A DNA stretch of 34,646 bases from a virus (lineage: Duplodnaviria; Caudoviricetes), in IMG/VR virus record IMGVR_UViG_3300033149_004647, positions 1 through 34,646 of that record. One strand, written 5' to 3'. The notes beneath the pieces are model-generated. The model was not told the origin of the DNA. It worked only from the letters and a program-made list of their open reading frames with translations, and did not search any database. Position numbers and translations under genes: made by a program. This document shows positions 18,848-27,991 of this stretch, piece by piece (positions within the stretch are counted from its first letter, which is position 1; each line of letters begins with the position of its first letter).

Positions 18848-19051
18848 TTAAGTTAATTGTCTTTTAATTTCTTCTATTCTCAAATCCATCCGTAAAGGTC
18901 TCCTTCTCGGGCCTCCTCTATCTCCCCCCCTCAATCCTCTTTTGCCTTCTTTTTTCCAAGCTAAATAACATTCTTTTAAGGAATGTGTTTTTTTGCAACG
19001 GGCAATAAAATCTTCTTGTTCTTCATCTATTTTTGGGGTTGGCACAGACAT
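18848..19051 (-). CDS. Small phage head-region protein
   Basis: 67 aa, PTPKIDEEQEDFIARC, a motif type seen in phage head-region proteins. Confidence 0.55.
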   Translation of the reverse strand: MSVPTPKIDEEQEDFIARCKKTHSLKECYLAWKKEGKRGLRGGDRGGPRRRPLRMDLRIEEIKRQLT

Positions 19052-19058
19052 GGTTTTT

Positions 19059-19319
19059 TTAAAGCTTTTTTAAGAATTCTTGAACGAAACCCAGTACCCT
19101 TTCGTAAGCATTAAGATTTCCTCGATGTTCCAAGTATTCAGCAGCTATTTCATGAAGAGCTCTCTTCTCGATTGGGAAATTTCTAAGTAATTCGTATTCA
19201 TCTTGGATTTCTCTTTTAATTCTTTGTTCTAAAACCTCCCATCCTTTCATTTTCACCATATCTTGAACAGCCCGTGCTTCTTCGGTTTCGAGTTCAAGTA
19301 ATTCTTCATTTTCAGCCAT
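19059..19319 (-). CDS. Hypothetical protein downstream of portal
   Basis: 86-aa helical ORF, closely packed with neighbours. Confidence 0.65.
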   Translation of the reverse strand: MAENEELLELETEEARAVQDMVKMKGWEVLEQRIKREIQDEYELLRNFPIEKRALHEIAAEYLEHRGNLNAYERVLGFVQEFLKKL

Positions 19320-19323
19320 AAGT

Positions 19324-19617
19324 TTAGCCTTCGGCAGGAAGTTCTATCCCTTCTTCTTCTCCCAGACCTCCTAATTTAATGTCGCCTGTTTTAATTTTTT
19401 GAAGAACTTCAATTAAATCTCCAACTGCTTTTTCAAAACTCACAGTCTTCTCTCCTTCTTTAGGTTCAAAACTTCCTATATACGCTCTGCGGGCTGCCTG
19501 AACAGCATCATCTACTTTTCTCCATTTTTTACTTTTATCTTCTTTGTCTTGATCCCTCTGAAATTTTTTAAGGACGACATTCCCCGTTGTTTCTTTTTCT
19601 TTTGTTTCCTCTGCCAT
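19324..19617 (-). CDS. Hypothetical protein
   Basis: 97 aa; motif 34 nt upstream. Confidence 0.65.
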   Translation of the reverse strand: MAEETKEKETTGNVVLKKFQRDQDKEDKSKKWRKVDDAVQAARRAYIGSFEPKEGEKTVSFEKAVGDLIEVLQKIKTGDIKLGGLGEEEGIELPAEG

Positions 19618-19659
19618 GATAGGTTTAGCGATAAATTAATAATTGATTGTCCGACCTTT

Positions 19660-21516
19660 TTAGGTCACAATCCTCTTTAAAAGAGGAATTCTCGATATCA
19701 CTCCTTTGATTCCTGTCGATGTTTTTATGGAAGGCGTAGGTGACACAGGAGATATCTCTGACGGTCCTGGAAGAGTCTCTGGTGGTTTTTCAGGTTTTTC
19801 CTCTTTCCTTTCTTTTTCTTTTTTCTTTTCCTTTTCTTTTTTTTCTGGGCCTAATATCAAATCTTCGTATTGTTCCTTGCCAAATTCTTCTAAAATCATT
19901 TTTTGCAATGTTCTCTTTCTAATTTTCCATTGCTTAACTTCCTCTTCGTCTTTTGGATCAGGCCGATCTTCTATCACAAATGTTTTGTAAAGCATTAATA
20001 TCTCTGTTTGTTTTTGCATTGGCGTCTTTTCAACTTTAGGCTCAATCTCTACTATGGCATCAACTTTTACCTTTTTATCCGCTTGTTTAAATTCTTTGAA
20101 TTCTACTTCATCTCCAATTAAACGATATGCCTTGTCTTTTGTCAGAAATTCTTGGTTCAGTTCAATCAAATTATTTACTAACTGAGTCACGGCAATTTCA
20201 AACTGACGAAGCAATAAACTAAATCTAATATTTGTTTGTAATAATAAAAGGTCTACTTTTGATTTCGGCTCTGTTGTCGATTTTGGAAGCCCCATTGCGT
20301 ATTCTGAAATAGCCAATGCCATTTGAATTTCTTTTCTTAATAAAGCATCCTTCTCTAACCATTGTCTGCTAATCTCTGGTGGTCTCTCAGTAATTACATC
20401 GTCGGCTCTTTTCAGTTCCCAAATTGCACCTGGTTCGTAAACAATATCATCCGCAGTAATGTGGGCATCCTTTCTCACTTTTCTAATTGGGTCAAGAGTA
20501 AATGTGATATCATCCATTGCTTGATTTCTGGAATCTGCAATCTCATGAATAGTGGTTTCCACTGGCTCGATGTGTCCGATTGACCACAATTCCCAAAGTA
20601 GGGCATGATCTGCTAAATCGATAAATATTCGACCGCCATTCACGTTTTTATAAGGATTTTCTTCATATCTTATCAATTCTTCTCCATTAGCAATCACTAA
20701 AAGCATATCTTCCTCGTGATCCCAAATTTCCCAAAGTTCTACCTTCTCTTCAACTATTTTTTCCTCTGATGCGGTTCCTTGTTCCTCGTTTCCGCTTGCA
20801 GTTGCTATCTGTCCCATCTTTTTAGTATTAATTTCGTATCTTTCTTTACGAGGATCGTCGGTAATCTTTTTATTTTTAACGTTCTCTAAATTCCTATAAA
20901 TTTTATTTTCGCCTCTTGCTTTTTCTTCTTTCTCCAATTCTTCTTTTTTCTTAAATATTTGCACAATTTCCCATTTACTATCCTCTTGTAAACTTGTTGC
21001 TTCAGGATCAGGGTAGAAAAGCCAAAGGTCTTGAATCCAAGCAAATGGGTCGCCGTCTTCACCATCTTTGCCTGGATTCCAAACCAACCCAAGCACACCA
21101 TTCCCAAATAATAAGGCTGAATTAATCCAATCTATTTTACGATCAGTAAACTTAATTTCATCAAGATCATATTTAATTTTGTCATCCCATGCTTCTATTG
21201 CTGGCGAATTTACATCATTTTTTGAGCGGGGAAGAATTCTAATGTTAATTTTAGCCGCTGCCAATCTTGGCTTTACGGTCTCAATAATTTCAAAAGCGAT
21301 CGGGGGCATTAATTTTGTTTCGTAAGCATACTTTGTTCTCTCTTTATAAGCCCGATAAAGCTGATACATTCTTAGCCATTTATCCTGATAAGGTTTACGA
21401 AAATCTTTTGCTTTTTTAAATCTCTTTTTCCATTTTTCAACAATTGCTTTTCTTTGTTCTTCATCTAAATCTTCAAGTTTTTTTGTTGTTTTTTTTGTAG
21501 TTTCTTCTTCTAACAT
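19660..21516 (-). CDS. Portal protein (podovirus/P22-like)
   Basis: About 618 aa after the terminase; ALLFGNG, FYPDP, RNQAMD; start moved to MLEEETT because the upstream extension is an RNA hairpin. Confidence 0.85.
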   Translation of the reverse strand: MLEEETTKKTTKKLEDLDEEQRKAIVEKWKKRFKKAKDFRKPYQDKWLRMYQLYRAYKERTKYAYETKLMPPIAFEIIETVKPRLAAAKINIRILPRSKNDVNSPAIEAWDDKIKYDLDEIKFTDRKIDWINSALLFGNGVLGLVWNPGKDGEDGDPFAWIQDLWLFYPDPEATSLQEDSKWEIVQIFKKKEELEKEEKARGENKIYRNLENVKNKKITDDPRKERYEINTKKMGQIATASGNEEQGTASEEKIVEEKVELWEIWDHEEDMLLVIANGEELIRYEENPYKNVNGGRIFIDLADHALLWELWSIGHIEPVETTIHEIADSRNQAMDDITFTLDPIRKVRKDAHITADDIVYEPGAIWELKRADDVITERPPEISRQWLEKDALLRKEIQMALAISEYAMGLPKSTTEPKSKVDLLLLQTNIRFSLLLRQFEIAVTQLVNNLIELNQEFLTKDKAYRLIGDEVEFKEFKQADKKVKVDAIVEIEPKVEKTPMQKQTEILMLYKTFVIEDRPDPKDEEEVKQWKIRKRTLQKMILEEFGKEQYEDLILGPEKKEKEKKKEKERKEEKPEKPPETLPGPSEISPVSPTPSIKTSTGIKGVISRIPLLKRIVT

Positions 21517-21536
21517 AAATTTTAATTTAATGAAAA

Positions 21537-21612
21537 AGCCCACGCTTATACGCAAAATTCTCCAACATAAAAGTTTTTTATGTTGGAAGAATTCCGCTCG
21601 TAAGCGTGGGCT
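21537..21612 (-). promoter_or_regulatory. Long imperfect hairpin in the portal 5' leader
   Basis: agcccacgctta/taagcgtgggct outer stem and ccaacataaaa/ttttatgttgg inner stem; two mismatches are G-U on the - strand. Confidence 0.75.
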
Positions 21613-21647
21613 CTTGGACGTATCCGCCACCCCTAATTATTCAATTG

Positions 21648-21836
21648 TTATTTTATTTTAGTAATTCCAAAACCCTTGTCAAGAGTAATAACCACTTCCT
21701 CGGGAATGTTAATGATTTTTTTACAGTTAGAACATTTGATTTCTGTGTTAAAAAAGATTCCTGTCTCGCTTTTTGAAAGTAAGTGCCCGCAATATTTGCA
21801 TTGCACTAAATATTTTTTAGAGGTTTTATTTTTCAT
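21648..21836 (-). CDS. Mu Com-like zinc-finger regulator
   Basis: 62 aa, VQCKYCGHLL...EIKCSNCKKI, matching the Com-family pattern CxxCxxLL..EI(K/R)CxxCK. Confidence 0.7.
   Translation of the reverse strand: MKNKTSKKYLVQCKYCGHLLSKSETGIFFNTEIKCSNCKKIINIPEEVVITLDKGFGITKIK
21655..21682 (-). promoter_or_regulatory. Sigma70-like promoter ahead of the portal leader
   Basis: TTGACA-16 nt-TAAAAT on the - strand. Confidence 0.55.
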
Positions 21837-23367
21837 AACGCAATTTTTTATCTAATGCGATTTTATAATAAACCAAAGCATGTAGAAAGTGATCCTTTTT
21901 TGTGGTGCTTGCCCATTCTCTTTTTTCCTGCCCGATTTTGTCGGTCACGGTGCGAACATACATTGTCTGGATATGTTCGATCAGTTCTGCTATTCTACTG
22001 TCTCCTGCTCTAAAATGGAATTTGTGTTTACCTTTTCGCAGGTCATCAATTAAAAGGTCAATGATTCTGTTTCTGTCCGTCAGCACTTTTATTTCTTCTT
22101 CAAATTCTTTTGGTTTATCAGTAAATTTCGTTTCGTCGGCAAACCTTACTATTTTTATTTTTTGAGGGTCTTCTTTATACCAATTTAAATAAACTTTATA
22201 AGGGAATTTTTTAGCAAATTCGTAAGCTTCATTTGTATTCCATTCAGCATCAATAACGCAATATCTAACTTCGTAAACTTCCATCAATTCTCCTAATCTT
22301 TTCCACTTTGACTTACCTGGCTGGTCTGTTAAAACTGCGATGCCAAAAATTCCTTTTTCATTGCCGATAATAACGTGTAGCTCTTTTGCTCCGACATCAA
22401 CCCCCATTGCTGAATTTCTTTCGTCGTTTTTTTCTGTAGTCAGGTTTTTTAAAATTAAACTAGCGGGAATTCTTGCTTCGGGATTAAGGTAGGCCTGTCC
22501 TAAAATAAAATTGTAAAAATATTGTTCATCTTCCGCATCTTCCAGTTCTTTAATTAAATCTTCGCAAGTTCGCCATGTCGCTATCATCTGCGGCAGCCAG
22601 TATCCTGATATCTCTCGGTTTGGATATTTTGCCTCCCATCTTCCACTCTTGATTGTTCCTGGTTTTAATTCTCGATGACATTTTTGACATACATAAACCC
22701 TAAAATCTAAATCCACATTTTTCTCCCATTCCATATGTTGCCATGTCTTGCATTTTGGACATTGAAATCGCCAATGTTTCTGGTCTGAATTAGCCCATAA
22801 GCGGTCTATTCCAAAATCAGGAACGGTTGGTGTGCTAATATAAATTCGTTCTCCAAGTCGTGAAAAACTTAATCTTGACGAATAATCTCGAATAATCTCT
22901 TGCTTACTTTTATCAACCTCATCATAAATATTCCTATCGCTGCTAATAATGATCGGTGCCTTCTCTGTAAAGGTTCCTTTATAATAAATGAAGCCCTTGC
23001 CAATGCCTTTTATTTCTGCGCTGTCTTTATCAAGTTTAATTCCGTTTGCTTTTATTATTTTATCTACTTTGGTTGGCACAAACTCCCAAACATCTTTGTC
23101 GCTTGGAAGGGTATGAATCTGATTTATCCCTCTGTATTTCATGTCGTGTATTTCTTTCAGAATAGCAAAAGTTGACACGCCGACCTGTGATCCTTTCTTA
23201 ATAACAATCTCTTTGCTTTGATCGGTGTAAATATCTAATAAAAAAACATGGTTTTCAAACTCAATCGGTTCTCCTTTCTCATTTTTTATTTTTTCTGCGT
23301 CGATCCACGCCAGCACGCTCTCTGCTATTATCTCTTTTTCGATATTTCTTTTTGAGTTCTTCCTCAT
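21826..23367 (-). CDS. Terminase large subunit (lambda GpA-like)
   Basis: Walker A KGSQVGVST, Walker B IYDEVD, ISTP, CPKC/CQKC zinc finger, nuclease GVDVG and DHFLHA. Confidence 0.9.
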   Translation of the reverse strand: MRKNSKRNIEKEIIAESVLAWIDAEKIKNEKGEPIEFENHVFLLDIYTDQSKEIVIKKGSQVGVSTFAILKEIHDMKYRGINQIHTLPSDKDVWEFVPTKVDKIIKANGIKLDKDSAEIKGIGKGFIYYKGTFTEKAPIIISSDRNIYDEVDKSKQEIIRDYSSRLSFSRLGERIYISTPTVPDFGIDRLWANSDQKHWRFQCPKCKTWQHMEWEKNVDLDFRVYVCQKCHRELKPGTIKSGRWEAKYPNREISGYWLPQMIATWRTCEDLIKELEDAEDEQYFYNFILGQAYLNPEARIPASLILKNLTTEKNDERNSAMGVDVGAKELHVIIGNEKGIFGIAVLTDQPGKSKWKRLGELMEVYEVRYCVIDAEWNTNEAYEFAKKFPYKVYLNWYKEDPQKIKIVRFADETKFTDKPKEFEEEIKVLTDRNRIIDLLIDDLRKGKHKFHFRAGDSRIAELIEHIQTMYVRTVTDKIGQEKREWASTTKKDHFLHALVYYKIALDKKLRYEK

Positions 23368-23743
23368 AGAACTTCACTGCTTTTTTTAAAATAGGGTCTG
23401 TCCGCAGTTTTTGGTCGAGCTCTCCTGTCACTTTAAGCTTGCCTTTTATTTGTTGTTTTAGGATGTAATCAGGATCTCTCCTTCCTAACTCAAAATATAC
23501 CGCACGGTCTTCGCCATTTTTTAATTTAAGAATATGTTGGGCTCGAGCCAAATCGATTCTCGTTTTTTTTCCTTCTTTAATCGCTTCTTTAACATTCTTC
23601 TTAAACTTCTTATCTTCCTCTAGCCAGTTATAGAAAGTTCTTCTGGGAATGCCAACATTTTTACAAGCAATCGTAATCACGCCTGTGTTTTCCTCTAATG
23701 CTTTAAGAATAGCTTTTTTCTGTTTTTGATTTTTCTGTGCCAT
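23279..23743 (-). CDS. Terminase small subunit
   Basis: N-terminal HTH (GVITIACKNVGIPRRTFYNWLEED), upstream of and overlapping TerL. Confidence 0.8.
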   Translation of the reverse strand: MAQKNQKQKKAILKALEENTGVITIACKNVGIPRRTFYNWLEEDKKFKKNVKEAIKEGKKTRIDLARAQHILKLKNGEDRAVYFELGRRDPDYILKQQIKGKLKVTGELDQKLRTDPILKKAVKFYEEELKKKYRKRDNSRERAGVDRRRKNKK

Positions 23744-23766
23744 TTGTGCTATTTTAATTTAATTTT

Positions 23767-25215
23767 TTATTTAAGCCTTTTTGCTGTTTTGCCTGAAAAT
23801 TTCTCCCATCTTGCCAGAATTACTTCTCCATAAGTTGGCTCTATTTCAATTGCTCGACATTTTCTTTTCATTATTTCGCAAGCAATAATGGTGGAGCCCG
23901 AGCCCGCAAATGGTTCCATAACAACCCCCCCCCTCGGACTTAAAATTTTAATATATGGAACTAAAATCTGAATTGGTTTTGTCCCAAAAATAACATTTTG
24001 TCCGCTGGACGATTCTGTTTCTGCTGTCCAAGTAATATGATCTGCTATCTTTGCCCATTTACTTCCTTTTCTTCTATCCCAATAAGGCTTCCCGTTGATT
24101 CCATAAAGAATAATCTCATAAGTATCTAAAAGTTTTTGTCCTTTTTCTTTCAAATAATCATCTAATTCTTTCTCATATTCTTCATTCACCTTTCCTTCGC
24201 CAGCAAGGGGGGCTATATCATATTTACTAAAAAATCTATATTCTGCACTAAAGCCTTGATGTCTATTTGGCAACCACCAAATTATCATATTTTTAATTTT
24301 CCAATATTTTTCTATTGCTTGCCAAAGATCTACCACATTTTTCCAATTTTCAAATATCATCACATTAGCTCCTCCTGAATTTTGAAAGTCTTTTGCTATT
24401 GATAACCACTCATCATATTCTGGGACACCCCCTTTTCTGTCTACTCCCAAATATCCTCTGTTCTTCTTTGCCCCAAAGTATTTTTTCATTGACTTTAGGG
24501 GGCTTTCTTCTATTTTTAGAGTTTTTCCATTTTTGTTTGTAATCCCAACAGAGGGATAAGTTCTAAATCTCTGAAGTTTAGTTCCTTTCTTTGTTTTTTG
24601 TTTTCTTATTCCTATTCCATATCCAATCTTATAAGGCGGATCGGTGAACATAAAATCAAACTTTTCTTTTCTCAACAATCTCTCCCAATTTTTCCTATCT
24701 GTGCAATCGCCAATAATTAACTTATGATCTCCCAATTGCCATAAATCACCATCTTTTACTCTTTTCGGTTCTCCTTTTAGGATTTTCTTTAATTCTTTTT
24801 CTACATCAAAATTATCCTCTATCTCTAATCCGAAAATCTCATCTAATTCCTCTGGCTCAAAGCCAACATCTTTAAGGAGATCCTCATCAAAATTAGCAAG
24901 CAAATCATTATCCCAACTTCCCAAATTTTTATTTAGTCTCAAATTTAATTCTTCTGCCTCTTTTCTTGTAAGCTTTCTATTTGGCACTCTTACATCAACA
25001 ATTTTTACCTTTTTCTCTTTTAAGAGTTTCAGCCTAAAGTTTCCGCCGATCACTTCTCCGTCTGTGTTAATTACTAAAGGAGCGGCCAGATTAAACCGTT
25101 CTAAGCTTTTATTTAGGTCCTTAATTTGTTTCTCGTTTGCTTGTCTGGGATTCCCCTTGAATGGTTTCAGCTCGCTCAACTTTCTTTTTTCTGTTTTCCA
25201 AATAATTTTCTCCAT
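23767..25215 (-). CDS. ParB-like domain fused to an N6A/N4C DNA methyltransferase
   Basis: ELKPFKGNPR..IGGNFR (ParB-like), DPPY, GTKP, EPFAGSGSTIIAC; start probably MEKIIW. Confidence 0.85.
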   Translation of the reverse strand: MEKIIWKTEKRKLSELKPFKGNPRQANEKQIKDLNKSLERFNLAAPLVINTDGEVIGGNFRLKLLKEKKVKIVDVRVPNRKLTRKEAEELNLRLNKNLGSWDNDLLANFDEDLLKDVGFEPEELDEIFGLEIEDNFDVEKELKKILKGEPKRVKDGDLWQLGDHKLIIGDCTDRKNWERLLRKEKFDFMFTDPPYKIGYGIGIRKQKTKKGTKLQRFRTYPSVGITNKNGKTLKIEESPLKSMKKYFGAKKNRGYLGVDRKGGVPEYDEWLSIAKDFQNSGGANVMIFENWKNVVDLWQAIEKYWKIKNMIIWWLPNRHQGFSAEYRFFSKYDIAPLAGEGKVNEEYEKELDDYLKEKGQKLLDTYEIILYGINGKPYWDRRKGSKWAKIADHITWTAETESSSGQNVIFGTKPIQILVPYIKILSPRGGVVMEPFAGSGSTIIACEIMKRKCRAIEIEPTYGEVILARWEKFSGKTAKRLK

Positions 25216-25439
25216 AATCTTTTTAGGCCTAGCACTAAAGCTACATAAATTCTTTGCCACCATTTCAAATTTCCAATGATCGACTTTAGTTTTGGCATCA
25301 TTGGTATTTTCTTTTTGTAATAATTAAACATCTGCCCTGTATGTTTTAGATATTGAAACTTCTTTTTTCTTTCTCGTTCGTATTTACCTCTCTTTTTTTT
25401 AATTCTTTGTTTAATCTGTTCTTTAAATTTTTTTGCCAT
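25176..25439 (-). CDS. Hypothetical basic protein
   Basis: 87 aa, overlaps both neighbours. Confidence 0.5.
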   Translation of the reverse strand: MAKKFKEQIKQRIKKKRGKYERERKKKFQYLKHTGQMFNYYKKKIPMMPKLKSIIGNLKWWQRIYVALVLGLKRLWRKLFGKQKKES

Positions 25440-25731
25440 CCTTCCAATTTTTAAGTGCCTCTTTTCCTTCTGGGGTTTTTTCTAATTCTTTTTGAATTGC
25501 TTCTACCCTGACGGCCAGAATTTTTTGATCTCTTTCTAATTCTTTAATTCTTTCGCCGACATTCTTTCTTGATATTGTAGGAGGAAGCCCTGGTCCTGAT
25601 CTCGAAAACTTTGGTTCTAATTCCATATTTGCTGGTAATCTTTTCAATGCCTCAAGTAAAACTTCGGTATCTAATAGTTGGGGATAATAACTGGCATATA
25701 AATCTAACAGGATTTTATTTCTTATTTGCAT
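25423..25731 (-). CDS. Hypothetical protein
   Basis: 102-aa coiled-coil ORF in an overlapping gene train. Confidence 0.6.
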   Translation of the reverse strand: MQIRNKILLDLYASYYPQLLDTEVLLEALKRLPANMELEPKFSRSGPGLPPTISRKNVGERIKELERDQKILAVRVEAIQKELEKTPEGKEALKNWKDGKKI

Positions 25732-25954
25732 ATTTTTTTATTACTTCATTAAGCACTCGTAAATTCTCTTTTCGTTCTTTGAGCTCTTCTTTTAGCTGGT
25801 TCATTAATTTTTTCTTTACTATTCCCGCTCCAGCAAATTGGTAAAAGGCATCTCCCTTTAATTTTTTCACCCTCTCTATCTCCCAGATTTTTTCTGCGAT
25901 CTGTTTTTGCATTCGGTCGTGTAAATCTTCGAATGCTTCTTTTAAGTTAATCAT
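25715..25954 (-). CDS. Hypothetical coiled-coil protein
   Basis: 79 aa; AAAGGTCG 25 nt upstream, inside the previous CDS. Confidence 0.65.
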   Translation of the reverse strand: MINLKEAFEDLHDRMQKQIAEKIWEIERVKKLKGDAFYQFAGAGIVKKKLMNQLKEELKERKENLRVLNEVIKKYANKK

Positions 25955-26388
25955 ATTCTTTTATCTACTTGTTTAATATCGACCTTTAATTTTTGAAGCC
26001 AGAACTTCAACTCTCGATCTGGCTCCTTAATTCTTGGTTCTTGATTCTTTTTTAATAATTTTAATCCCTCGATGTAGTCCATAATTAAAAATGCCTGAGG
26101 ATTTGCCTGCGGACTTTCTGGGTCTCGTTGAACAAGAATCCATTTATCAGGATTAAAATTTCCTTTTCTTGCTTCCCTTTGAGCCTGTCTGATGTTTTTT
26201 TTCCAAGTAGGATTTCGCTGACTTTTAAATTCAAAAAGAAAATCTAATGCGTTGAATGAATCGCCTTTTAGTTTACCGCTTCCTGATCCTGGCGTTCTGG
26301 TTGCCCGACCCAATCCCATTCTTTCTATCTGGTCATTACACCAATCTTCAAATTTTTTTCCGATTTGTTTTATACTTTGTGGTTTCAT
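25951..26388 (-). CDS. PD-(D/E)XK nuclease, putative Holliday junction resolvase
   Basis: GKKFE..RTPGSG..KGD..FEFK..QA pattern. Confidence 0.7.
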   Translation of the reverse strand: MKPQSIKQIGKKFEDWCNDQIERMGLGRATRTPGSGSGKLKGDSFNALDFLFEFKSQRNPTWKKNIRQAQREARKGNFNPDKWILVQRDPESPQANPQAFLIMDYIEGLKLLKKNQEPRIKEPDRELKFWLQKLKVDIKQVDKRI

Positions 26389-26495
26389 TGATTTGCTTTA
26401 AAATTTGCTGTTATTTTCTTTCGTCTCTCTTCGCTGGTTTTAAATGTAAATTTGTTTCTGATGGTTGCACCCTTTATTTAATTTAACTGACCTTT

Positions 26496-26999
26496 TCATA
26501 TCTCTTTACTCCATTTTTCATAAGACCCCCACCAAGTGTCTTCTGTTCCCCAATGTATTGTTCCTTCATTCTCATAAAGCCATTTAGCACATTCAAGGTT
26601 ATCTTTCGGGTCAAATGGGTCAATCTTCTTTTTAAGTTTCTTTTCGCAATACTTTACTGTCTTTGGTATAAGCTGTGCTAAACCCATTCCTCCAACCCTC
26701 CCGAACTGTTTGTTTACCGCTTTAGGATTAAATCCGCTTTCACCTTCTATTATTTTATACAGTGTTAAGTCTATTTCTACCCCGTAAAGGTTTGTTTTTA
26801 CTATCGGACCATTCGGAGCTTTTAAATAAATCCTATTTATAATCTGATAATCTTTACTTCTTATTATTTCATTTTTTAATTGAGCGGTTTTTATCTTTCC
26901 CTGATTTATTCTCAGATAATTCAAGATTAGAAGCTGAATACAAATCCACGCTATTAAGATAGCAATTAGAAGAATCTGACGCGGCGGCTCTTTTTTCAT
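26496..26999 (-). CDS. Membrane-anchored lytic transglycosylase (SLT)
   Basis: N-terminal TM segment; ESGFNPKAVN, GLAQL, DPFDPKDNL. Confidence 0.8.
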   Translation of the reverse strand: MKKEPPRQILLIAILIAWICIQLLILNYLRINQGKIKTAQLKNEIIRSKDYQIINRIYLKAPNGPIVKTNLYGVEIDLTLYKIIEGESGFNPKAVNKQFGRVGGMGLAQLIPKTVKYCEKKLKKKIDPFDPKDNLECAKWLYENEGTIHWGTEDTWWGSYEKWSKEI

Positions 27000-27002
27000 G
27001 TT

Positions 27003-27296
27003 TTAGAGCCCTAACTCTTCTTTTGATTCAGAACTATTTTGTTTGCGTTCTGGCACTTCTAATTTGATGTTAGTTCTAGCTCGATTCTTTGCTCCTACTG
27101 CTCCTATTACGGTCCGAATAGCTTGGATAGTCCTTCCTTGTCTTCCAATTACTAATCCTGCATCTCCCTCGCCAAGTTTTACTGAGAATAATACTCCCAT
27201 CTCATCCACGGTTTTTGTTACTTTTACTTCTTCTGGCTTGCTGACAAGTGCCCTTAGAATTGCTTCTAACAATTCTTTTGCTATATCTTTTTCCAT
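27003..27296 (-). CDS. khpA: KhpA-like KH-domain RNA-binding protein
   Basis: LVSKPEEVKV..DAGLVIGRQGRTIQAIRT with an intact GxxG loop; UPF0109/KhpA pattern. Confidence 0.85.
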   Translation of the reverse strand: MEKDIAKELLEAILRALVSKPEEVKVTKTVDEMGVLFSVKLGEGDAGLVIGRQGRTIQAIRTVIGAVGAKNRARTNIKLEVPERKQNSSESKEELGL

Positions 27297-27332
27297 GATT
27301 TTAAATTATTAATTACCTTTAAATTTCGACCT

Positions 27333-27656
27333 TTAAAATTTTCTTATTTTTTCAAGGGCTTTTGCTTCTATCTGCCTAATTCTTTCTCTACTTACTCCAA
27401 ATTTTTTCCCTATTTCTTCTAATGTACGGATCATTCCATCTTTTAATCCGAATCTCATTATTAAAATTTTCTGTTCTCTGGGTGTTAATTTTTTTAAATT
27501 CTTCATTATCTCTTTTCTATTTTTCTCTTTAGCTTGTTCTTGTTGTTTTTTATACTTGCAAATCGGACACTCATCGTAATCTTCACTTATCCATATGCCA
27601 CATTCGCATTGCCATTTGTGATTAATAATTTTTCTTTTCATGTTTTTTACAGACAT
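27333..27656 (-). CDS. Zn-ribbon plus sigma70 region-4 HTH protein
   Basis: WQCECG..CPIC then [40 protein letters not shown]. Confidence 0.85.
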   Translation of the reverse strand: MSVKNMKRKIINHKWQCECGIWISEDYDECPICKYKKQQEQAKEKNRKEIMKNLKKLTPREQKILIMRFGLKDGMIRTLEEIGKKFGVSRERIRQIEAKALEKIRKF

Positions 27657-27991
27657 TGTTCGCTGAATTTTTTCAGCTCTTCTTCGCTCGGCTCTTTCTT
27701 TTTATAAAATTCAGCAAAAGTATTCGCTTGTTCATATCTTTTTAATTGCTCTTCTGATAGTGGTCTCAGTTCTGGATTCAGCTCCTGACATTTTCTGATG
27801 GCTCGGCTAATTGTTTCTGGATTGGTGATTTTTAACCACGTCCGTTTTGTCATTATGAAGTTGTTCTCCAATCCCTCAAATTCTTCCCAATATTTCCAAA
27901 TCGCCACCTTGCGGGCTTTTAGATTCCGTAAAGCTGGGTATTTAGTCAGAAGCAATTTTACATTATCTTGAATTTTTTGAAGATTAGTCAT
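27647..27991 (-). CDS. Hypothetical protein
   Basis: 114 aa, overlapping both neighbours; [13 protein letters not shown]. Confidence 0.6.
   Translation of the reverse strand: MTNLQKIQDNVKLLLTKYPALRNLKARKVAIWKYWEEFEGLENNFIMTKRTWLKITNPETISRAIRKCQELNPELRPLSEEQLKRYEQANTFAEFYKKKEPSEEELKKFSEQCL

Noticed and set aside
23181-23186. Internal cgacct in TerL and tgacct at 26488
   Set aside because: Incomplete motif matches with no convincing start codon at the expected distance
23279-23367. Programmed frameshift fusing TerS and TerL
   Set aside because: The 89-nt overlap has its own ATG, such overlaps are common, and A-runs are ubiquitous here
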